A stretch of DNA of 64,000 nucleotides from Octopus sinensis (Eukaryota), in the NCBI RefSeq assembly GCF_006345805.1, contig NC_043005.1, positions 23,126,001 through 23,190,000 on the forward strand. The letters run 5' to 3'. Of the stretch, positions 37,510-50,685 are shown piece by piece (the first letter of the stretch is position 1; every line of letters starts with the position of its first letter). A program made the translations under genes and the position numbers. The notes below the pieces were generated by a model. It saw only the letters and a list, made by a program, of their open reading frames with translations, was not told where the DNA came from and did no database searches.

Positions 37510-37735
37510 ATAATAATAATAATGGTTTTAAATTTTGATGCAGGGCCAGCAATTTCAGGGGGGGGGTAAGGTCAATTTCATCAATCCTAGTGCTCAGCTG
37601 GTACTTGTTTTAACAATCCCAAGAGGATGAATGACAAAGGTGACCTTAGTGGCATTTGAACTCGGAATGTAAAGATACAAAATGTTACAAAGCATTTTGC
37701 ATGGTATGCTAACGATTCTGCCAGTTCTCTGCCTT
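37510..37735 (-). mobile_element. Family B SINE (older copy)
   Basis: GAGGATGAATGACAAAGGTGACCTTAGTGGCATTTGAACTC...CTAACGATTCTGCCAG. Confidence 0.7.
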
Positions 37736-38299
37736 ATATACTAATAATGATGAAGGTTTCTAACAGTGGTATGAGGTCGAATTTTCTGAGGGGAAGATAT
37801 AAAGTTAATTAAATAAATTGCCTGTCTATTTGTAACCTGCCTCTTTGTATCTGTCAAACAGATGATTAGTGTTCTTTACATTGATGAGCACAGATAATGT
37901 GGTGAAATTTTAACTCAGAAAGTAATAAAATATTGTAAGGTCACTAATTAGTCCAGATAATTGGCACTCTGCAAGTTCTACCTTCCATCATATTAATAAT
38001 AACAGGTTCTAAATTAGGCACAACACCAAAAATTCAAAGTGCAAGAAACAGGTGTTTAATCTGACCTCAGTATATGACTGAATAATCTAATGACCTTTGC
38101 TGGATGGCAACCAAAATTGACCTCATTGAGATTTGAACTCAAAACAAAGGTATGTGTGTAATTGTTAAACAACATTTTGTGTAGCATTCTACTGCTCTAT
38201 GTGCCATTCACCTCCCTGACAATAATTTCTAACAAAGATAAAGGCTACATATATCCTGATCATCAATAATAATAAAGCAATGTATAGTGCTCGTCCCTG

Positions 38300-38358
<59 letters not shown>
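38300..38358. repeat. Compound (AT)n(AG)n microsatellite
   Basis: Directly visible. Confidence 0.95.
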
Positions 38359-38360
<2 letters not shown>

Positions 38361-38887
38361 AAGAGATAATGGGACTTCATGTTACAGCTATTTTTAGTTT
38401 TTAGTTAGGTTAGAACATTTCAGAATTTAAATCCAGTCAGGCTAAGTTTCCTTCTCTTTAACTCTTCTTGGTTCAATATATTAAATACAAATAATATACT
38501 CAGGGCTATTTAACAGACTATAGCATAACCCTTTCTGCTAACAAACAGTCTTGCATTGTAGCAAAAATAATAATAATTATTATTATTATTATTATTATGA
38601 TGATGATTAACATTGTTCAAGACTAGCAAAAGGAAGTGAATGCTTGGCAAGTTATGAAAGCTTAACTGGAGGATCAATCACTTCAAATGATGTTAACTGG
38701 AAGAGGTAGCATTCACGCTCTAAAATCTATCAATAAAACTCTGTGTGTGTATGTGTGTGTGTGTGAGTGCATGTGCACGCGTGTTGGTGTGATCTGTATT
38801 AGAACCCCATATCTACAAGTTTCATGCAGTCAGACTTATCAAACTTTCTGCACTCAGTGAATGGAAAGCAACAATAATGGTTTAATG

Positions 38888-39216
38888 CATAGGTTCTTAA
38901 AGTGGGCGCTACCCCCACCCCCACCCCCGATGGGCATTAAGAGGGTCCAGGTGGGCACTGGTTTTTAAGGGGGGTGGTAGTAGAAAAAAAGGAGGCATTG
39001 GGAGGAAGGCAGTGGATTGGGGCACACTGTGAGTTTATAATATTATAATATTGTAAACAAATCATATAATATATCAAATATCAAATGATTCATAGTATAT
39101 ATATAAATTAGTAAAATATAAAATATTTATTTACACATAAAAAATAGGAGTGGGAGTACTGAGGGTATTGTGTGGCCATGAGGGGGACAGTGGCCCAAAA
39201 AGTTTGAGAACCTCTG
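38888..39216. mobile_element. hAT (Charlie-like) MITE
   Basis: Ends CATAGGTTCTTAAA / TTTGAGAACCTCTG; 8-bp TSD GTTTAATG / GTTTAAAG (7 of 8 match). Confidence 0.8.
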
Positions 39217-39399
39217 GTTTAAAGTATTAAATGGCAGCTGACTTCTTAAGCTGGTCAAATGGTCTCTGGTATTAAATGTCAATCATCATATTACAAGTAT
39301 CACACAGTCAAAGACTTAAGGCAGATTCAAAATTTAATTATTCTTTTTTATTAGTTTAGAATTGGGATAAAATTATGTTTTGTGTACCCAATATGTGTC

Positions 39400-39817
39400 C
39401 CACCCATGCTATTTGTCTTAAAATTCATCTTTCTATAACTTGAAGGTATGACCTGGCGTATCACTACTGTTTTCTACCTTTTCCAGCAAGAGTAACCATG
39501 TATATCTCCCTGAAGCAAGATACTTGTTCCAGTTCATTTATCATATTTTAGCCTCTCATCAGTCAGCATAAAGCCACCTCCCTCAGTCAAGGTGTCTTGT
39601 CCTTGTGGGTTCCTTAGTAACCTCACTAATGCTGGTGAACACAAAAAGTGTCCAGTACACTTTGCAAAGTAGTTGGCATTAGGAAAGGCATCCGGCTGTA
39701 GAAACCACACCAGAGCAGATCCTAAAATTTAGTGCATCCTTCTGATTGCTAGCTGCTGTTGAGTCATCAAACCTATGCCAGCATGGAAAATTGATGTAAA
39801 TGTTGATGACAATGATG
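39400..39817 (+). mobile_element. Older RTE-tailed element copy
   Basis: GGCATTAGGAAAGGCATCCGGCTGTAGAAACC core; degenerate (ATG)n tail. Confidence 0.6.
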
Positions 39818-41810
39818 AAGGTGGCTTGAGGAAAAGTGGTCAAGTCAAATCTAAAAACATTGGGGCTTACAAGGTAATTGACGCAAGGGTGAAAATGTAT
39901 ACTGTTAGCTTTAGTCATGTTGGTACCTGTTAACTTCCAGGTTGATACATGTATGTACAACTTTGCAAGTATTTTATGATATGACACAGTCATGCTTACG
40001 AGTTTTCTTGCTTTCATTTTTGTGCCACTTTGCTCTAATTCTCTCTTACTCTCTTTCAATCTTTTTCTTTCTGTTTACCTGCAGTCACAGTTATGCTGTT
40101 TAGAATTATGTCAAAATTGGAACCATTGCTCACTACCATATCGTTTATAAATGATCATAGTTATTTACGAATACACCAAGAGAAACTTGACTGCAGACTT
40201 ATCAAAAACCATATCAGCACAGATAAAAACAACAGACACTAAAATTATAAAATGGAAAAATATATATAAAAACAAGGAATTGTACCAAAAAAAAAAAAAA
40301 GAAAGAAAAACACATCTAGTTGGAACTTAGTTTATATTATTTATTCTTTGATCTGAAAGAAAGAAACTATTTCCCTCTTTAAAGCTAGACTAAGAGAGAC
40401 TAGACTGTTAAAGAAAGAGTCTGATTACATCAGCCACTCAATAGTTGAGATGAAGCCAACTTTGATATAATGATTCACAACAAAAATATTATGATAAGAA
40501 ACCAATCAATTTTTTTCTTCTTTTCATTTTCTAGCTAGACTAATCCCCATTTATAGTAATTTTCCAACCAGTAACTCAACAGATTTGAAACTGAAATCAA
40601 AGTAAAATAATATTTATATCTAAATCCCTACCCAACCTATTTTACATTTTTATTTTAACAGTTTCTCACTTCACATACATCCTATCTCTAAACAAATCAA
40701 ATAAGCAATATGAATAAATCAAATCAGAAATAAAATATATCCACTGTTACCCACATGCACTCGTATGCACATACACATAGACAGACACAGACTGTATAAA
40801 TTCTACAGAGGAGAAGTTGGGTGACTTCTTATGGCCAATTAAGTTGCTAGCCTGAGCAAGTAACATAGTTAATTAAGATACCAGATTAATAGATCAAAGT
40901 CTGAACTTAAATGTAAGCTTTAAACTGTGACTAAACGTTAACCTAGTCACACTGTCTTTTCTCCTCCTAATAAATAGTTTTAGCTGTCTATTACAGATGC
41001 AAGCAAGTCCATTCAGTGATGCATATCAACAAATGGATCAGAGTAGGCTTTTGACTCTTCCTGATATTAACAGGGAGAAAAAAAATTACGTCAGCTCAAC
41101 TAAAAGAGAGAGAGAGAGATGTCGGTTGAATAAGGAAATAGTGGCAGTACTTCAATTTTATAGCTTTTATTGAAGTTGTTTGATGAAGTGAGCTTCCAGT
41201 AAACTGTCTTCTGACCTGGTTTTAATAATAACCATTTATTTCACTTTACTTTAGTCACTGATGCTCTTGGGAACTTGACACAATCTCATTTCTCTCGTTC
41301 ATATAAATTTGAAAGATTGCTTTGAACCACTGTGGCAAATTGGAAGAGCTGTTAGATGACCAGATTGATTGCCTTGCAGTGTTTGCTCTGGCTCTTTGCA
41401 TGCTGGGTTCAAATTTCATTTTTCATCTTTTAGGAGAGAAAAAAATCCAATAAAACAAGACTCAAACCAAAGTTTGAAGTTGATTTAATAAACTAATCCT
41501 CTTGTGTCTGTGTTAGAAAGCGTCATTGTTATAATTCTTTGTACAGGACAGACTTTGTCTTTTATCCTACCAAGGTTGGCAGTACATCCATGACAGCAGT
41601 TGCCAATCAAACAAGAGTTTTGTTTTTAACTAATGTTATCCCATACTTATTGTAGGGTATGTTATCCTATGATTTAAGAAATGTCGTGTGACCACATAGA
41701 GACCATGTGGTCTCTTCTTTATGTGAAGAAGTAAGAAAACTATACTCATGATTCTGGTGGAGTTAGTGTAGGATGAAATATCTTTAAAAAATTTGCTTTG
41801 GAACCTTTAA

Positions 41811-42016
41811 CCCTTTAATATTTAAACTGGTCAAATATTCCAATTGTTTTATGTTTAAACTGGCCAGATGTGGCCTCTGACACCTACTCTACAATATCAT
41901 TGTAAAATTTAACAGTTACATCATCAAAATCTCAAAGCTACAAGATAATACAGGATTAATTAAAAACATGAATAAATAAACATTACTTTTGACAGAATAA
42001 TGTGAATGCTGAAGGG
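41811..42016. mobile_element. TTAA-flanked MITE, same family as 34386-34593
   Basis: TTAA|CCCTTT...AAGGG|TTAA; shared internal CACACCTA/CACCTAC block. Confidence 0.75.
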
Positions 42017-44223
42017 TTAATATAGGAATATATGAACATTAAATGAAGTTAAGCATTAAGTAAAATTTCTTTCTATTTGCTGATCAAATCAATCAATATT
42101 TTAGTTATTTTAAAAGTGTGATTAAGTAAACTGCTTGTCTATTTGTAACCTGCCTCTTTGTATCTGTCAGATGGATGATTAGAATTATTTACATAAAGAG
42201 CCAAAACAATAACTTTCTTGCCAGTCTCTCAGATCATTAGTGATATAATTGAAGTGAAGTAACCAAAATGAAAGGAAGCAAAACTAAGTTACAAACATAA
42301 CTCATCAAGTGTGCTACATTCTACTCTATTCTTTATTACCCACTACAACAGCATATCAATTTTTCTTAAAACTTCTCTATTTATATTGTCAATTACACAT
42401 TGCTCATTGTCACACAATTTGATAAATAAATGGCATGGCTAATTCCAGTCTTAATTGCATTTACATTATTTTTAGAATAAAACAACTTTCCATACAGTAT
42501 GGAAATAAAAAAGAATTGTAGCAACAAACCAATTCATTATAATGAGATTGCAAAAAAACAAACTGTAAACACATTTTTCTCTTTGAGCTTGAGCTAAAAA
42601 TATGTTTGAGCAGAAAGAATTAGAATTTATTTATCAGTTTATCAAACCTGAAGGTGTTCCAACTATGACCATCCCATTCCATCTTTTAAATGAAATCACA
42701 AGGATTTTTCTCAAAATTTTCAACCCTACCATTAAGACAAAAGCATTCCTACCTGTTTTTATGGAATGTCTTTTTTTTTCTCCACCTTTCCAAGCATGAC
42801 CACTCAACTTTTTTTTTTACAGATTTTTCACAGAAATGAAAGCATTGCAACTTTAACCCTGCCACTCGTGTTCTTATGCATGGTGGCATCGTTATTCTTC
42901 ATTAATTATATTTATTATGTGAATTGTATTATATTGCAATAATATTGTTTTATCAAATTGTATTGAATTTTATTAATTTTGATTCCTACTGCTCACTAAC
43001 AAACTGATTCATAATCTTTGAGTTAAAATTTGAATTTGAAAAAAAAAGAGGATAGTCATAGAATGCTTTCATTCTAACTAATATGAAACTGTCTCTGAAT
43101 CCATAAAAAGATTTTTTAAAAAATAAAAAAAGTATGGTAATGTTTGAAAAATTTGTAAAATACAAATAACCATCACAGCATGTTAGATGATAATGATGAA
43201 CACTTCAATTAAAAAAAAACAAAACAAGATGTTCACAGTTGGAATGCTTTCATTCTTACAGTTTGATAAACTGATAAATAATTTCTACTTCCTTATTGAC
43301 CTAACCAATAAAATTTAGCATGTGCCAAAAAAGAAAAAAAAGTGGGGGGAGGGGGTAATCAGACTGATTTGGTTTGACTTCATGAAATTTCTATTTTGGA
43401 CCCAAAAATAAATACAAATGAATGAATGAATGAATGAATGTATAAACACAGAAAACTTTGTATTTAGTGCACACATTTGACATGGTTTGATGTTAAGACT
43501 ACTGGACTTTCAATCATCACTTGGGTCTATCTTCAATTGATATTCTATACTGTCTGTATGATTGACTTTACAGGACTGTTATTTCTAAAAACATTTTTTT
43601 TTTACTGCAGCAAGAAATTTTGGCTGCTAGAAGTTCAATTTTGTTTTGTGGTATTGAAATATTCATCATATTGAATTTCATTATAACCAGATTCATTTAG
43701 CATTGATTCATTAGGATTATGACCAGAGATTAAAAAAATTTCATTACACTGAGAAAATTCGTTATATTGGTATTTTCTCTAATGGAATTTCACCTGTACA
43801 TACAGACACACCATTCAACATTATAGCGTGGTTATATTACCATGTGATGAACTGAACTTTTTGATCAATGAACTAACTATACAAATATTGATTTTAAAAC
43901 ACTGACAATTCAAGTTAGATGTAAACAAAAATCATTATATCACATGCTTTAACCTTGAAAATAGAGTTGTTATTTAATAGAATTTCATGAAAAGAACAAT
44001 AACAAAATATTTATAAATATTCCTTTTCATCAGAGAAAAAGAATTCCTTTACCTCACTGCATTCTACATTCCAAAACAAAAACAGAATGCAAAGATTTTG
44101 AAACAATTGTAGTAAAATACAAGCTTATTGTCTTGCCATCTTGTTTACAAATATAACCAAAACATGCCCTTAAAATACTTGATTGGTTATATTTCAGACA
44201 ACATTTCATTTTATGGATCATAA

Positions 44224-44415
44224 TGTGAGAGGGTTCTGAAAAGTTCCAGGTGATGGGTAAGAGAAGATACATGAGGTGTAATTAATTATGATTTTATTCA
44301 ACATATTCCCCTCATTGTAGTGGTCCTTCAGTATTTCTAAGCCCTGTAAAAGAACTCAGAAGTTTGAGCATCCAGCCAGGCCTTTGAAGCCAGAACTTTT
44401 CAGCACCCTCTTGTA
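44224..44415. mobile_element. Mariner-type MITE
   Basis: TIR-like GAGGGTTCTGAAAAGTTC / GAACTTTTCAGCACCCTC; TA at the right end. Confidence 0.65.
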
Positions 44416-45504
44416 TATGAAACATAAAACCTGAAATGATCATTCTACAGAAGGTATTTAAAATCATATATAGATCTTGAATAGATGGGGGTAAAAGGGA
44501 TCACCAGCTTAAAGCTCTTCTACTAACCTGAAGGTGTTTCACTTTGTATTTCAGCAGTGTACTCTAAATTATACATTGCTTTATTGCATACAGCTGTCAA
44601 GATTAGGGACAAATTTATATGGAAATACTTGTGAACATGTGACATCCTATTTCCAAGAGACAGGGTCATGACTTCAATGAAAGGAAAACTAAGTACCTTG
44701 GAGCTACTTAAAGCCATTTACATTAACTACCACTGCAACTGCTACTAATCCTACTTTTAGAGTTGCACAGCATCCATTACTCCAAGTATACTGATATGAA
44801 CCTGCCATCATATTAGAATAGGCTAGATTTTATCTTCTGGAGGTCCCATTATATTGTGTAGAATGCTGTATAAATCTGTGAGTGAGTGACAAAGGGACAA
44901 AGAGGGACATAGATGAATGACCATGCAGAAATTTCCCCCACCATCTTCAGTGTACCTATTCTAAAGATGGTATGAAGTTTATTGGTAGAAATAATAGTAC
45001 AATAGCTGTGAGGTTGTGGTGATGAGCTTTCTGAATATACAGATTTGAGATCAAACCTGACTACAACCAGTGTGTTCATATTTTTTATAGCTCTGGGAAA
45101 CACACAATATGCTGCAAGTTTCAGTTTAGCTGACAAAACAAGTTCTACTTCATTCACATTTAAATTCACATTAATAGTTGGAAGAGTGACCAGATGTAAA
45201 AGCAATTACTTCAACAGAAACTAAGCCTAGTCTGGAAAAATACATCAAAAACAAGAAACACACCTACTCAATCAAATACACACACAAACACTAAAAATAT
45301 AATAAATTTAGCTAAAAAATGTGCCTGTAAATATATTGTTTGCTTTCAATATTTGAATGATCAAACATAATAGCAGGCATCTAACAGAAGACCAGGCTAA
45401 ATATATTTAGTACACATTTACCAGAAAGACCTGATGTGATAATTTATCTTCTCCACAAACTTATTTTACTATTCCAATCACCTCAACGTTTTTTTTTTTT
45501 ATAA

Positions 45505-45602
45505 AACCTCATTTCCTTTTCCATTATTTATCCTTAACCTCATTTCCCTTTCCATTATTTATCCTGAACCTCATTTCTCTTCCCATTATTTATCCTGAAC
45601 CT
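45505..45602. repeat. 31-bp minisatellite x3
   Basis: AACCTCATTTCC(T/C)TTTCCATTATTTATCCT(T/G); unit starts at 45505, 45536, 45567, 45598. Confidence 0.9.
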
Positions 45603-47255
45603 TATACCCATGTAAGAAACCAATCATCCGAGGTGGTAAAATTTATTAGTTAAAATAAGTTTTAATTGTGGCTATTGGCAAATGTCTACTCCTAAAGAAT
45701 GTACCTTCCACTCTATACGCTCCAGAAAATGTGCTTATATATGAAGGAATGTTGTATACAAACACACATTTTTTTATGTATAGTCATATATAAACAGCCA
45801 AACATTAATTGAAGGACAACTCTGAAGGACAACTCAATACATTTATTTTTATTAGGAAAAGGTTGACAGAGGCTTCAAAGTTTTGTTGGACATAAGCTTC
45901 CTTAGAGGGTTGGATAGTCTGACAAAGCTAACAGCTGCAAAACTTCAGTTGCTATCAACCTTTCCATTGTAAATATGTGTGCGAGTGTATGTTTAATTTC
46001 TACTTTGTACATAATATCTATGAAAATAATTACTAGTTGTGCTCCATAATTCAGGAAGTTTTTCATATTTGAAGAAGTATCTAATTGATGCTAGCATCAA
46101 TGATGTACAAAAATAAAGTTGAGGAGGTGGGAGAGCAGAATTTTTTCTTGTTTATAGGCTCAAGTCCAAAGCCCTGATTAAAAAGGCTTACAATCAAAGA
46201 TGTTCAAATTATAAACATCCAGTGTTTAAGTTGTAGTGTCTCCAAGACTGACATATTCTGGACACACGTACCTTCTTCCTATTTTATGTAGGTCTAACAA
46301 TTACAGAGCTCATAACAATTTTCTTTTGCATTTTGTACGTTTATTAGCATTCACATAATGGGTTTAATTAGTTCCTCCAATAGATTGGCATCTCAAACAA
46401 GAACCACTACTTGTATTATGAGCTGTCAGTAACCAAGTCAGACTTATAAGTTCTTACCTTGTGTACTTAAATAAACAGAAATTATAAATACTGATATATA
46501 GCTAGTTCCTTATACAGTGAATGATCATTTGAAAGTGTTCTTACATTTTACTACTTTAATTAATCAATAACTTTATCTCACACAAATATGATGAAGTCAC
46601 TTGTTTGACTCTTCCTAACAAGTGGTATCCATCTATTACTAATTAACCCAATTATCTTCTAATGAAGGAAGCAATGAAAGTTGTTATATTCAAACTGTTT
46701 CTCAAGATCATTAACTAGGTCAACAGTTTGTATCATTACCAGTAAACCACTGGTGTCCATCTATAGTGAAGTCTCTAGTTGTTGCTCCAGTCCACTCAAC
46801 TACAAAGAGGTACCACTTTACAAATCTTACTACAGTAAGCAAAAGTAGTAGTGTCTAATACAAGAACTCCCAGTGTTCATTCACACTGTAACCAGAATTA
46901 ACCAATTTTATCATCACAGCAAAGTAGACTTGATGTGAAGGAACTAGAAACAGAACAGCTATCATCACCACCTCCACCCCAGCATCTGCTGCAAACCTTA
47001 ACATTATACTCCAAAGAGTTTACCATTTTATCAATGTAACTGTTTGTACCAGTACAACTTACCTACTTTTCTCACTACAAAGTTCACCCTGCTCCAGTTT
47101 AGATTCTGATATCACTTTTCAACAAGACAATCCAGATTCAAAAGAAAATGTCTTATGGTTAGACACTTTACATCAATGATGAACAACTTTACTGCAGCAC
47201 CAACCAAATAGAATATATAAACCCTAATTAAAAACATACTCCCGTTTTGTTAGTT

Positions 47256-47296
<41 letters not shown>

Positions 47297-47400
47297 TCTT
47301 CCCTTCTTTCCTGAGCATCCAATAATACTTTATTTGTTCCACGTCCTTGCGTTGTTGTGTTTTTTTGTTAGGATTAACTATATATATATATATAATATAT

Positions 47401-47432
<32 letters not shown>

Positions 47433-47960
47433 CACCCCACCCCCACATACACACAGAACCTCCCATATAGATCCTTATCTTCCTCTCTTTAAAGATATTT
47501 CTTTTCAAAATTAATTTATATAAATATCTAGCAAACTGTTTCTATCTAAGTGTTTATCAGTAACTAAATTCAAATAAATGATTGACATGTTAAGAAAAAA
47601 AAAATTAAAAGCATCAGGTGTTTACACAGCTTATTACTAAAATGAAGAGGTAATTAATAGATGCAAAATCATATATATGTCAAGAAGAGAAATATAATGA
47701 TACTATGTTCTTTTTCCTTGCCATATGGCTTCATGAGACCCCATCCCAAATATCTAAAGCAAATGAGAAAAAATACAATAGACATACGTAAAAGACATTT
47801 AAATCTACATGCCTCAATTCATTTTATTCAGCTTCTGGGAAGATTTATATATATATATATATATATAATAGCGCCTTTTGGCATCTATTTCTCTAGCATG
47901 TGGAGAAGCCTATAGCCAATCCCTTGTGATAATTATGTATATGATTATTAAAATATTTGT

Positions 47961-48253
47961 GGGTCAACCAAAGCCTTGCGAGTGGATTTGGTAGGCAGAA
48001 ACTGAAAGAAGCCAGTTGTATAAATGTATATATGTATGTGGATGTTTGTGTGTCTGTGTTTGCCCCTCCCCCCCAACATTGCTTGACAACTGATGCTGGT
48101 GTGTTTACGTCCCTACAACTTAACAGTTCAGCAACAGGGACCAATAGAATAAGTATTAGGCTTACAAAGAATAAGTCCTGGGGTTGATTTACTCAACTAA
48201 AGGCAGTGCTCCAGCATGGCCACAGTCAAATGACTGAAACAAGAAAAAGAAAA

Positions 48254-48255
<2 letters not shown>
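47961..48255 (+). mobile_element. 5'-truncated family C SINE
   Basis: AAAGCCTTGCGAGTGGATTTGGTAGG...GCTCCAGCATGGCCACAGTCAAATGACTGAAAC; tandem with the next copy. Confidence 0.85.
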
Positions 48256-48295
<40 letters not shown>

Positions 48296-48298
<3 letters not shown>

Positions 48299-48702
48299 CG
48301 CAGGAGTGGCTGTGTGGTAAGTAGCTTGCTTACCAACCACATGGTTCAGGGTTCAGTCCCACTTCGTGGCATCTTGGGCAAGTGTCTTCTGCTATAGCCC
48401 CAGGCCGACCAATGCCTTGTGAGTGGATTTGGTAGATGGAAACTGAAAGAAGCCTGTCGTATATATATGTATATATATATATGTGTATGTGTATGTTTGT
48501 GTGTCTGTGTTTGTCCCCCTAGCATTGCTTGACAACCGATGCTGGTGTGTTTATGTCCCTGTTACTTAGCGGTTCGGCAAAAGAGACCGATAGAATAAGT
48601 ACTGGGCTTACAAAGAATAAGTCCTGGGGTCGATTTGCTCGACTAAAGGCGGTGCTCCAGCATGGCTGCAGTCAAAATGACTGAAACAAGTAAAAGAGTA
48701 AA

Positions 48703-48706
<4 letters not shown>
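48296..48706 (+). mobile_element. Near full-length tRNA-derived CORE-like SINE (family C)
   Basis: A box TGGCTGTGTGG, B box GGTTCAGTCCC, CATCTTGGGCAAGT, internal (TA/TG)n; flanked by (AT)n. Confidence 0.9.
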
Positions 48707-48752
<46 letters not shown>

Positions 48753-50466
48753 CAGTATCGAACCATCATTTTAGCTTTCAAAGGATGCCACCCTACTGGC
48801 TAGTTGAGCAGGCCTACACACACACACACACACACACACACAATGTATGATGTATCCTTCATACTTAAATCATAGACCCCTTGTCTTCAGAAGCAAGGAT
48901 ATTGACAGTTTATGTCATGTCATTAGTGTTGAAGGTACTTAACTCTTAAAAGCAGAGTTCACAAACCTCCAAGTAGCTATACATGAACGAACACTATACA
49001 GTAGTATAAATAAGTACCATGAGGCTTTATAGCTCACTCATGTATGCAGTGGCAACACTAGGGATTTGACAAATGATTTTCTGGCATGCTATGTTGGGTT
49101 TAATATTTCCCAAAGCTATCTAATAAATCAGTGAAACTCCAAGGACTGATTTGTTTTTCATCTGCTTATCTCTACAAAAACTGGAGATAAGCACTACACC
49201 CTTTCCTCTAATAGCTAAGACTTGGAAAAGAAATTAACCCGTTTAGCTTTTTTCTAAATTATTTATTTTGTATTAATCCAATGATGGTTCCAGAGTGATT
49301 ATGGATATTAGTACAGTTCCTGGAACTATAAGACATAAAATAATGTCTTAATTCCATGTATCTTTGATAGACAATGCAACATATTGGAAGGAGGAGGAGG
49401 AGGAAGATAAAAACTAAACAGATCAATCTTCTATTTAGAGATTTATGACTTCTAAGCAGCTTCGCTGACATTGACTCTCTTATACATTTATGGTTCAATA
49501 AAGACATTAATGAAAGAAGCAATAACAAATGATCACTTGGAACCTTAACCTCTCTCTCTCTCTCATCAGCTTAAACTACAGTAACCTTCTTTTTAGCAGA
49601 TGTGAAATGTTAGACTGGACTAACCAGTCCATAAAGTTAGAAGTACATAGAGTGCATTGGTTGATTTGAACTATTTACATTAAGTCACTTCGAACAGACA
49701 CTTAATGTCTCAGTTTCCATCATTCTGTCATAGTTGCCAATGATAGATTGACATTTTATCCAAACAAACTTGTTGCATCTGCTTAATGCCATGAAACTAG
49801 AACTAAGCATTGGCTCTTAAGGAGCACTAATGAGAGAGCTCTCTTGGAAATTAGTTGTAATTGCTTTTTAAATTTCTTTTGTTTTAAAAAAAAAACACTA
49901 AGTCAATGAATGTGCTTGCATACACATGTATGTCTACATGTTTCATGTAGACACATCCCATAGATGAATGAACAGCATAAAACTGATAAACTCCCAAGCG
50001 TTCAGATGTAGTATGATGGTTGTGAAGTTATATGATGTCAGTTCATTAACTGTATGATTACAAATTCAAACCGCAATTACAACTGAATATGGTACAAAAT
50101 TGTTTCGTCAACTAGAAAAATTAAAACAAGTAAACAGGTTCCATGTTTATACTTCATGGTAAGTGAAAGAAAGTAAACATGTCTGAGGGAAAAAAGGTGA
50201 GATGGTCACAACTGGAATGTCTTAACAGGACCTTTAATACAATCACCAAGTAAATGAAAAAAAGCCTCTATGCAGTCTTTCAACCTGCAAGAAATAGGAG
50301 CTAAATTTCAGTCCTGTTAAACTGTACAGCCTTAGAAAAAGCAAAGCTACACTGGATAACGTATTCCTAGATACATTATAAAAAAAACAAATGGGATGAT
50401 CAAAATCTTCCATCATAAGGGCTGACCTGAAGTAAAGAAGTTCAGATGCAATGCAATTATTATATA

Positions 50467-50685
50467 TCATCATCATCATTTAATGTCTGTTTTCCATGCT
50501 AGCATGGGTTGGATGGTTCGACCAGGGTCTAGGAAGCCAGGAGGCTGCGCCAGGCTCCTGTCTGATCTGGTAGTGTTTCTACAGCCGGATGTCCTTCCTA
50601 ATGCCAACCACTCCGGGAGTGTAGTGGGTGCTTTTTACGTGCCACCGGCAAGGGGCCAGAGGAGGCTGGCAAACGACCACGATCG
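50467..50685 (-). mobile_element. Family A RTE 3' copy
   Basis: (CAT)n plus the conserved core. Confidence 0.85.

Noticed and set aside
44849-45205. 118-aa minus-strand ORF
   Set aside because: No recognisable domain, alternative start codon, intronic position; consistent with chance.
46650-47230. Coding-looking composition on the plus strand
   Set aside because: Stops in all frames examined and no identifiable motif; possibly an ancient TE but unsupported.
48296-48370. tRNA-like sequence as a tRNA gene
   Set aside because: A and B boxes are present but there is no cloverleaf acceptor stem; it continues into a SINE body.
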